From: Mollicutes bacterium
GTDB taxonomy: Bacteria > Bacillota_I > Bacilli_A > RF39 > UBA660
NCBI GenBank assembly: GCA_004552445.1
Contig: SFOJ01000007.1
Location: 9,266 to 73,265, forward strand
DNA length: 64,000 nucleotides
Direction: 5' to 3'
Shown: positions 18,636 to 25,532 of the stretch, piece by piece
Layout: each line of letters opens with the position of its first letter
Position numbering within the stretch: position 1 is the first letter of the stretch
Translations under genes and position numbers: made by a program
Notes under the pieces: generated by a model
Told to the model about the DNA's origin: nothing
Databases searched by the model: none
The model's input: the letters and a program-made list of their open reading frames with translations, nothing else

Positions 18636-19064
18636 TTATTTTTTCTTATTTAGTAATTCCGATGTTTCTTTTTTAGCACTCTTAATTGCCATGAATACAA
18701 ATAATTCATATAAAAGTGTAATTGCAAAGAAACCACATACTAAATAAATATTATTTCTAACATCACTATTTATCATATCAATAAACTCTATTCCTAAATA
18801 TATTAATCCATAGAATACAGTAGATACAACTGTTATATCATTATATGATCTTCTAATTGACTTGCCCTCGTTTTGATTTATTTCAATTAACCCTTTATCT
18901 ACCTCATATATAAACATTACAATTAAAAATATTAAAATAGGAATTAAAATCCAATATAAAGAATAAGTAAGTTTATTATTAAATATGATAGTTAGTATTA
19001 AAAATAATCCTACAATAAAATTCACTACTACTAATAATTTTTTAATTATATTACTTTTTAGCAT
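18636..19064 (-). CDS. Small four-TM membrane protein co-transcribed with the XRE repressor
   Basis: The profile is hydrophobic. It overlaps the upstream regulator gene by 14 nt. Confidence 0.5.
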   Translation of the reverse strand: MLKSNIIKKLLVVVNFIVGLFLILTIIFNNKLTYSLYWILIPILIFLIVMFIYEVDKGLIEINQNEGKSIRRSYNDITVVSTVFYGLIYLGIEFIDMINSDVRNNIYLVCGFFAITLLYELFVFMAIKSAKKETSELLNKKK

Positions 19065-19554
19065 TTTTATTTCTCTCCTTTACTTTTAAACTTTGAATAA
19101 GTTTGATTATTTCTTTTGATGAATTAATTTGATATGTATGATCTTCGATAGTATGTATTAATAACTCTTTTTGTTCTTCTGGTAAATCATCTTTTTCTAA
19201 TTCTTTTTTACATGTAGAAACTATACTTTCAGAATTTTCTATACTTCCTAAAACATTTATTTCAGCAGTATCTAATTGTTCTAGATTTAAACTAGCATAA
19301 TGACTCTTAACAAAATAATTAAGTTGTGTCACTTCTAATCCTAAACCTATCATATACATTAAGTCACTATAATTAACATCTATTATATTACTTATCTTTC
19401 TTAATATTTTAGGACTAGGATCTTTTCTTATACCTGATTCTATTTTAGAAAGTTCAGAGTTATTAATCTTTGCAAGTTTCGCAAGTTGTCTTTGCGATAA
19501 ACCTTTCTTTTCTCTAGCTTCAGCAATAACTTCGCCGATATTTTTTTCTAGCAT
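19051..19554 (-). CDS. XRE/cI-like HTH repressor
   Basis: It contains KGLSQRQLAKLAKINNSELSKIESGIRK and is divergent from the rightward genes. Confidence 0.75.
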   Translation of the reverse strand: MLEKNIGEVIAEAREKKGLSQRQLAKLAKINNSELSKIESGIRKDPSPKILRKISNIIDVNYSDLMYMIGLGLEVTQLNYFVKSHYASLNLEQLDTAEINVLGSIENSESIVSTCKKELEKDDLPEEQKELLIHTIEDHTYQINSSKEIIKLIQSLKVKERNKNAKK

Positions 19555-19582
19555 AGAAATTCACCTCACACCATAATAATAC

Positions 19583-19708
19583 ACCCAGTGGGTAAAAAAG
19601 TCAACATAATTTCAATAAATGGGTAAAAAAGTGTTGACAATATAGTAATTAGCATGATATATTAAATATGTTTCCAAATGAACCCACTTTTAAATTAAAT
19701 GGGTAACA
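19583..19708. promoter_or_regulatory. Divergent promoter/operator region with repeated TGGGTAA / ACCCA motifs
   Basis: The sites are ACCCAgTGGGTAAAAAAGT (19583-19601), AAATGGGTAAAAAAGT (19618-19633), AACCCACT (19681-19688) and AAATGGGTAAC (19698-19708). The rightward promoter is TTGACA (19634-19639) with TGaTATATT (19655-19663). Confidence 0.55.
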
Positions 19709-19736
19709 TAGAAAAAGAAAGGAGGAAATCAAATGT

Positions 19737-20003
19737 ATGAGATTAAAAAAACAACTAGAATTAATTGATCCAAGAGTATGGAGAGATAAAAATATCAAGT
19801 TTGAAACGAAGCTGATATACAAAATACTCTGTGCGGAACAATCCCAAAGATGTGAATTCACAAGTATAAGTATCGGGAGAGTTCAAAAGAAATTGAGTAT
19901 AACAAATGTTGGATTCAAGAAGAACCTAAAAATATTAGAAGATAACAAATATATAAGGTTCAATGAATACGACCGAGGATTATACACATACGAGATTTGT
20001 TAG
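19737..20003 (+). CDS. Small winged-helix DNA-binding protein
   Basis: The RBS is AAAGGAGGA. The segment ISIGRVQKKLSITNVGFKKNLKILEDNKYIRF is HTH-like and paralogous to 20291-20572. Confidence 0.5.
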   Translation: MRLKKQLELIDPRVWRDKNIKFETKLIYKILCAEQSQRCEFTSISIGRVQKKLSITNVGFKKNLKILEDNKYIRFNEYDRGLYTYEIC

Positions 20004-20065
20004 AAAAGATTAAATCACTAACAAATAAAGGTTCAGTAAATGTTCGTAGATTTATATTAGAACCT

Positions 20066-20257
20066 ATCTTATAGAAATATAAGATGAACTAGTTTGAAGT
20101 AAAACATATTTCAAAGAACGAAATAAAAGAATAAAAGGGATTGAAATATGTTATGTATGTTTTACTTCAAGCAACCTATTTAGTGAGATTTATCTCACAC
20201 AGGGATTTTATTGTCATTATTAGTATGACTTGTAAGTAGTGTTTACAAGTTTTTTTA
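20066..20257 (+). other. Non-coding region with four hairpins, including a long interrupted inverted repeat, ending in a terminator
   Basis: Hairpins are ATCTTATA/TATAAGAT, TTGAAGTAAAACATATTTCAA (20094-20114) paired with TTGAAATATG...TGTTTTACTTCAA (20141-20170), and GTGAGA/TCTCAC. The terminator is ACTTGTAA/TTACAAGT followed by T7. Confidence 0.45.
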
Positions 20258-20290
20258 TTGCCTAAATTTAAAGGAAAGGAGATTGATAAT

Positions 20291-20572
20291 ATGAATAATA
20301 GCGATATTACTAAATTAAAGCATATAGAGGTGCCTACAATAGTTTTATTAGATGAAGAACTATCTTCTACTACTAAACTATTAATGGGTTTAATTAATAC
20401 CCTATCTATGCAAGAGGGATTTTGTTATGCAAGTAATAAGTATTTAAGTAATCTTTTAAAAGTATCTAAAAGAACGATTACTAGTTGCATAACATCATTA
20501 AGAACAAAAAAATATATTAGAGTTGAAAATGAACCTAATATAAGAAGAATCTATTTAGCAGATTTCTGCTAG
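20291..20572 (+). CDS. Winged-helix DNA-binding protein (replication-initiator/DnaD-N-like HTH)
   Basis: The start is at MNNSDITK after AAAGGAAAGGAG. The HTH-like segment is YLSNLLKVSKRTITSCITSLRTKKYIRVE. Confidence 0.45.
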   Translation: MNNSDITKLKHIEVPTIVLLDEELSSTTKLLMGLINTLSMQEGFCYASNKYLSNLLKVSKRTITSCITSLRTKKYIRVENEPNIRRIYLADFC

Positions 20573-20722
20573 ATGTAATAGCAAGATACTGCTAGTGAGT
20601 ATAGCAAGTATCTTCTAACAGAATAAATAATATAATAAATAATATTAATAGATAATATAAATTTAAAATTATTTTAATAATTTAAATCTTTAAAAAGATT
20701 AAAAAGAAAGGAAGTTATAAAA

Positions 20723-21142
20723 ATGGAAATTGATTTAAACGAAATTATAATATCTGGAACTATTAATAATGTGACAGATAATAATAAAGATTATATTAAG
20801 TTTGGTTTAACCACTCTTAAATATGATAAAAGGAAAGTTTATGCTAGTTTTAATATTAACCGAAATCTTTATGAAATATATAAAGATTTTTTTGTTAAAG
20901 GAACAAGAGTTTTTGTTAAAGGTTATCTTAATTCTTATATTACAAATGAAAGAATACAAAGTTTTATTACTGTGACTGATATATCAGACAATAAAGATGA
21001 AATGATGAACGGAAGAAAAGGTCCTCATATAAGACTTGATTCAGACGGTGTTGAAGTTTGGGATGGAAAAAGATGTGAAGCAATTCCACCCACTGAAGAA
21101 GAACTTAAAGAAATGGAAGATATGCTAAAAGAATATCAATAG
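20723..21142 (+). CDS. OB-fold, SSB-like protein
   Basis: The N-terminus LNEIIISGTINNV...IKFGL...VFVKGYLNSY resembles an SSB OB-fold. The tail is acidic. Confidence 0.35.
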   Translation: MEIDLNEIIISGTINNVTDNNKDYIKFGLTTLKYDKRKVYASFNINRNLYEIYKDFFVKGTRVFVKGYLNSYITNERIQSFITVTDISDNKDEMMNGRKGPHIRLDSDGVEVWDGKRCEAIPPTEEELKEMEDMLKEYQ

Positions 21143-21217
21143 AAAGGTGTGATAATTTATGAAGAATAGTAATTTTTATAAACTATTACACATAAAATTC
21201 ATTGTGGAGGAATAATC

Positions 21218-21400
21218 ATGTATGAAACACTAGAATTTTATGATAGTAATGGTTGTGATTTAAAAGAAGTCTTAAAAAGTTGTATATATAAATATTATAT
21301 GGCTTATAAAAATTCATCAAAAGTATTTAAATCGGACGCAAAAAATAGTATAATTAATTCAACTAATAAAGTGAATGTGTTGTCTACTGAAAGGAGATAA
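21218..21400 (+). CDS. 60-aa protein immediately upstream of the recombinase (candidate directionality factor)
   Basis: The RBS is GGAGGA. Its stop lies 3 nt before the recombinase start. No recognizable motif was found. Confidence 0.4.
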   Translation: MYETLEFYDSNGCDLKEVLKSCIYKYYMAYKNSSKVFKSDAKNSIINSTNKVNVLSTERR

Positions 21401-21403
21401 AAA

Positions 21404-22933
21404 ATGTATAGTAGATATGCAATAGACAATACGATTTTTAAAATAGCCATTTATATAAGACTATCTCGTGAAGATGGTGATGATATGGAATCAGAAAGTG
21501 TCACTAATCAAAGAAGTTTATTAATTGGTTATTTAAAAGCACAACGCCCAGAGTTTAAGAGAATGTTAAATGACATTGAAAATGGAAAAATAAACATGGT
21601 TATTACTAAAGATTTATCAAGATTAGGTCGTGACCATATAATGACTGGTTATTATGTTGAAACATTTTTCCCAGAAAACGATGTTAGATATGTTGCCGTA
21701 AACGATGATATAGATACTTTTTTTGAAACAAGTGGCTCTGATATGATGCCATTTAGATTAAGTATGAATGATATGTATGCAAAAGATATTTCTAAAAAAG
21801 TTCGTTCAAACTTACTTCAAATGAAAAAAGATGGAAAGTTTTGTGGAAGTTCTGCACCTTATGGTTATATGAGAGATCCTTTAGACAAACACAAACTAGT
21901 ACCTGATCCAGAAACTGCTCCTGTAGTAAAAAGAATTTTTGATTTATATGTTGCAGGTTATGGTAGCTCACAAATTGCTGAAATACTAACAAGAGAAGAA
22001 TTACCAACACCAGTTATGTATAAATACTCTGATTCAAAATTAAATAGATTTGACCATCCTGAAATATGGAAACACACATCTGTCAGTAATATCATCAAAA
22101 ATAGAGTTTATATTGGAGATTTAATTCAACACAGATTTCAAAAAGTGAATTATAAGATTAAGAAAAGAAAAAGTGTTCCTGAAAGTGAATGGTGTATTAA
22201 AGAAAATGCACACGAACCACTTGTAGATAGGAAAACATTTGAAATCGCACAATCTATTAAAGATTCATCAAATAATTATAATCCTGAACGAAGAAATGTT
22301 GATTATGTTTTATCTGATTTAGTATTTTGTAAAGATTGTGGTGCTAGAATGAGTATTAGTTATGATAAGAAAAGAGATAGAGTCACAATGAATTGTAATA
22401 ACTATCGTAAGTTTAGTAAGTATGATATATGCTTTTCTCACTATATTAACTATACAAAACTAGAAAACACAGTCTATGACAAGTTAAGTACTATGGCTAA
22501 TCAATATATTAATGATAAAGAAGAATTTGAAAATATTATTAAAAGCCAATATGTTGATCCAAAAGCAGATAAACTAAAAAAGATAGAAGAATTAAATCAT
22601 ACAATAAATGATTTAAAAAGAAAACAAGACTCTTTATATGATGATAAATTTAATAATGTTATAAGTGTAGAAACTTATCAAAGATTATTTAATGCTACTG
22701 AAGAAGATATTAAAACTGCAAAAGATAAACTAGAACAATTACAAAATGAAATATCTAGTATTAATGATGATTCTTCTTGTTATGTAGAATATTTAGATAT
22801 TATTAAAAGTTTTCTAGATATGAAAAATCCAACAAGAGAAATCATGAATAGATTAATAGATAAAATATATGTAACGAAAGATAAAAAACTAGAAATTCAT
22901 TATAGAATTAAAAAAAGTGAAGTATTAATATAG
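21404..22933 (+). CDS. Large serine recombinase (resolvase/invertase N-domain, recombinase domain, zinc ribbon, coiled coil)
   Basis: It contains IAIYIRLSREDG (nucleophile Ser), ITKDLSRLGRD, PYGYMRDP, VVKRIF, a Cys-rich C..C..(22)..C zinc-ribbon region and a C-terminal coiled coil. The DDGxSG block appears to be missing. Confidence 0.85.
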   Translation: MYSRYAIDNTIFKIAIYIRLSREDGDDMESESVTNQRSLLIGYLKAQRPEFKRMLNDIENGKINMVITKDLSRLGRDHIMTGYYVETFFPENDVRYVAVNDDIDTFFETSGSDMMPFRLSMNDMYAKDISKKVRSNLLQMKKDGKFCGSSAPYGYMRDPLDKHKLVPDPETAPVVKRIFDLYVAGYGSSQIAEILTREELPTPVMYKYSDSKLNRFDHPEIWKHTSVSNIIKNRVYIGDLIQHRFQKVNYKIKKRKSVPESEWCIKENAHEPLVDRKTFEIAQSIKDSSNNYNPERRNVDYVLSDLVFCKDCGARMSISYDKKRDRVTMNCNNYRKFSKYDICFSHYINYTKLENTVYDKLSTMANQYINDKEEFENIIKSQYVDPKADKLKKIEELNHTINDLKRKQDSLYDDKFNNVISVETYQRLFNATEEDIKTAKDKLEQLQNEISSINDDSSCYVEYLDIIKSFLDMKNPTREIMNRLIDKIYVTKDKKLEIHYRIKKSEVLI

Positions 22934-22946
22934 GTAAAAATACGAG

Positions 22947-22965
22947 TTGCTTCCAAGCAATTTTT
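22947..22965 (+). terminator. Terminator after the recombinase gene
   Basis: TTGCTT-cc-AAGCAA is followed by TTTTT. Confidence 0.55.
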
Positions 22966-23004
22966 AAAAATAAAATTAGGTATCACAAAAACAGGTCATA
23001 CTGG

Positions 23005-24114
23005 TTTAGTGAAGAACTTCCATTTGTAGAAGCTGCTGAAATTGGAACAGAGAAAGTTATTAAAGATCATGCTACTATAGGAATAGTGGTAACTACTGAT
23101 GGAAGTATATTAGACTTACCTAGAAGTAATTATGTACAAGCTGAAGATAAGGTTATAAATGAACTTAAAAGTATTAATAAGCCATTTATAGTCATTATGA
23201 ATAGTGCTCATCCAATGTCTAATGAAACTATTAGTATGAGTGAAGCTTTAAAAGAAAAATACGGTGTACCAGTAATACCAATTAGTGTTGAAAATATGAC
23301 TGAAAGAGATATTACTGAAATATTAAAAGAAGCTTTATATGAGTTTCCAGTTGATCATATAGAGTTTAATATACCTGATTGGGTAGGAGTATTAAAAAGT
23401 GATCATCCTTTAAAGCAAAAGTTTATTACTAAAATGAAAGATTCTATTGTTAATGTTGATAAACTAAGAGATGTTGAAAATATTAATTTAAATCTTGAAG
23501 ATAATAGTGAAATTACTAAAGCATATATTTCTAAACTTGATACTGAAAACTCTGAAGTAACTATTACTATGGAAGCAAGTGATGAACTATTTAATGAAAT
23601 ATTAAAAAGTGTTGTTGGAACTTCTGTTAATAGTAAAGGAGATTTATTAAAAGTATTTCAAGATGTTAGTGAGGGAAGAAGTGAATATGAAAGCATAAAA
23701 GGTGCTTTAAAACAAGTGTATCAAACTGGATATGGTATAGTTCTTCCTAGAATTACGGATATGAAGCTTGATAAACCTGAAATTATAAAACAAGGTGGAA
23801 GATTTGGAATTAAACTTAAAGCTAAAGCATCAAGTGTACATATGATTAAAGTTGATGTAGAAAGTAGTTTTGAACCTATTATAGGAAGTGAAATACAAAG
23901 TAAAGAATTAATAGACTATATAATGAAAGATAATGAAGATCCAGAAAAAATATGGAAAAGTGAGATATTTGGAAGAAGTCTTAGTGAAATAGTTCAAGAG
24001 GGTATTCAAGCTAAGTTATCATTGCTCCCAGATTCTGCTAAATATAAATTATCTCAAACTATAACTAAGATGGTTAATAAAGGAAGTAATAATTTAATAG
24101 CTATAGTATTATGA
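23005..24114 (+). CDS. spoIVA: Stage IV sporulation protein A, 3' segment (codons 123-491) of a split gene
   Basis: The frame is open from 23005 and reads FSEELPFVEAAEIGTEKVIKDHATIGIVVTTDGS...KPFIVIMNS...LYEFPV... through to the conserved C-terminus ...NNLIAIVL. No start codon or RBS of its own is needed. Confidence 0.9.
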   Translation, partial: FSEELPFVEAAEIGTEKVIKDHATIGIVVTTDGSILDLPRSNYVQAEDKVINELKSINKPFIVIMNSAHPMSNETISMSEALKEKYGVPVIPISVENMTERDITEILKEALYEFPVDHIEFNIPDWVGVLKSDHPLKQKFITKMKDSIVNVDKLRDVENINLNLEDNSEITKAYISKLDTENSEVTITMEASDELFNEILKSVVGTSVNSKGDLLKVFQDVSEGRSEYESIKGALKQVYQTGYGIVLPRITDMKLDKPEIIKQGGRFGIKLKAKASSVHMIKVDVESSFEPIIGSEIQSKELIDYIMKDNEDPEKIWKSEIFGRSLSEIVQEGIQAKLSLLPDSAKYKLSQTITKMVNKGSNNLIAIVL

Positions 24115-24135
24115 CACTCATGTGAGTGTTTTTAA
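24114..24135 (+). terminator. spoIVA terminator
   Basis: ACACTCA-tg-TGAGTGT is followed by TTTT. Confidence 0.6.
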
Positions 24136-24194
24136 TTTATGTATATTTTATTTAATAAATTTGATATAATGGTTAATATAAGGAGATAATAAAT

Positions 24195-24761
24195 ATGAAT
24201 GAAAATACTAATTCAAATAATACTGAACCTATTTTACCTCAAGGAGACGCATCTAATACTCCTATAAATACACCAAAAACTTCTATTCCAACACCTGTGA
24301 TTGATACAAAAAATACACCTCCTGCAGCGCCAAAAGTTTCTCAAACAATTACTGAAACTCCTCTTGTTCATGGAAGAAATGATGATAGTGAAGTAATTCA
24401 AACACCAATTGAAAATGTTATGCCACAAACACTAATTAATGAAACAAAAAATGAAAATACAAATCAAGAGAAACCTAAAAAGAAGTATCATTTTTTGAAA
24501 TCTCTTTTTAGTTTGATTATTACAGTTATATTCTTTGGATGGATTTGTATACTTGGTTATGATTTTTATAATATCACTAATAAAAATGATCCAAAATTTT
24601 GTATACAAAAAGGTACTATAGAAAATGATGATGGTACTGTTGAATGGTGTTTAGGTGCTGGTTATAGAACATATTATTATGATTATGATGAATATGAAGC
24701 TTATGAATTTGGTCCTTTTTGGCAAAAAGTTAAAACTTTAGAAGAAATTAAAAATAAATAA
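24195..24761 (+). CDS. Membrane-anchored hypothetical protein with a Pro/Thr-rich N-terminus
   Basis: The RBS is AAGGAG. There is one TM helix (LFSLIITVIFFGWICILGY). Confidence 0.5.
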   Translation: MNENTNSNNTEPILPQGDASNTPINTPKTSIPTPVIDTKNTPPAAPKVSQTITETPLVHGRNDDSEVIQTPIENVMPQTLINETKNENTNQEKPKKKYHFLKSLFSLIITVIFFGWICILGYDFYNITNKNDPKFCIQKGTIENDDGTVEWCLGAGYRTYYYDYDEYEAYEFGPFWQKVKTLEEIKNK

Positions 24762-24821
24762 TTTCTTCTTTTTTAAAGTGTTTAAAACATTTATTTTCTA
24801 AAATATAATTAGGAGGTATAT

Positions 24822-25010
24822 ATGTATAAATATTTTAAATCATATGAGTTAGGATTTATAGAAGGTATAAAAGATGCTTTAAAAGAAGAAAATAAAAAAT
24901 TTAAAAAAATAAATGAATTAGATATCATGTCAAAACTTTATGATGTTGGATATATTAATGGTTATATAAAATGTATAAATTATCTTAAAAAACAATCTTT
25001 AAATTATTAG
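24822..25010 (+). CDS. Small hypothetical protein
   Basis: The RBS AGGAGG lies 8 nt upstream. No motif was recognised. Confidence 0.4.
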   Translation: MYKYFKSYELGFIEGIKDALKEENKKFKKINELDIMSKLYDVGYINGYIKCINYLKKQSLNY

Positions 25011-25049
25011 AATAATAGTGTATAATAATATTATAATCGAGGTGAATAG

Positions 25050-25517
25050 ATGAAAAACGGTTTTACACTAGTTGAATTATTGGTTGTTATTGTAATTACT
25101 GTTACTATAAGTACTGGTTCAGCTATGCTTTTCGGTAAGAGTAACTCTGATACTAATGAAGAAGATTTAAGGGGTAAATATCGTGAAATGCAAAGGGCTG
25201 CGATTATATATACAGATTTAAATGATAGTTGGAGAAATACATTAAATGAAACTGGAGAAGTTAGCGTTAAATTAGGTGAACTTCAAAGTACTAATTATGT
25301 TTCTAAAGATTTTTCTAACACAGTTACAAAAGAAATTTTTCCAAGTAATTATATTATAAGATTATATATTGCTTCATCAGGTGATAATCAATATTTAGAT
25401 TCATGTGTTGTTAGATATTCTGGTGGACAAGAAATTTGTATTGCAAATAGTAGAGGATATGATTGTGGCTGTTGTGATAGCCCAATATCTTCATTTAATA
25501 AAGCATGTAATAATTAG
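25050..25517 (+). CDS. Type IV pilin/pseudopilin-like protein (prepilin N-terminal cleavage/methylation motif)
   Basis: It has MKNG|FTLVELLVVIVI and a Cys-rich C-terminus (CGCCDSP...ACNN). Confidence 0.75.
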   Translation: MKNGFTLVELLVVIVITVTISTGSAMLFGKSNSDTNEEDLRGKYREMQRAAIIYTDLNDSWRNTLNETGEVSVKLGELQSTNYVSKDFSNTVTKEIFPSNYIIRLYIASSGDNQYLDSCVVRYSGGQEICIANSRGYDCGCCDSPISSFNKACNN

Positions 25518-25532
25518 ATAGAGGATGATATA

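Larger units (their letters stand above)
10556..23004 (+). mobile_element. 12.4-kb integrated element interrupting spoIVA (serine-recombinase intervening element / integrative mobilizable element)
   Basis: It precisely separates the two spoIVA halves. A large serine recombinase gene sits at the right end and a MobV relaxase gene inside. The termini carry GTGATACC (10570-10577) and GGTATCAC (22979-22986), symmetric about a TGG shared at both junctions. Confidence 0.85.

Noticed and set aside
21143-21217. Sporulation-type (sigma-E/sigma-K) promoter in front of the small ORF and recombinase
   Set aside because: Only CATAAAAT with a poorly matching, wrongly spaced -35 is present. In DNA this AT-rich, such partial matches arise by chance, so I did not annotate it.
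10556-23004. Prophage interpretation of the spoIVA insertion (as for skin/SPbeta)
   Set aside because: No terminase, portal, capsid, tail, holin or lysin genes are present. The content (relaxase, integrase, repressor switch, resistance cargo) fits an integrative mobilizable element better.
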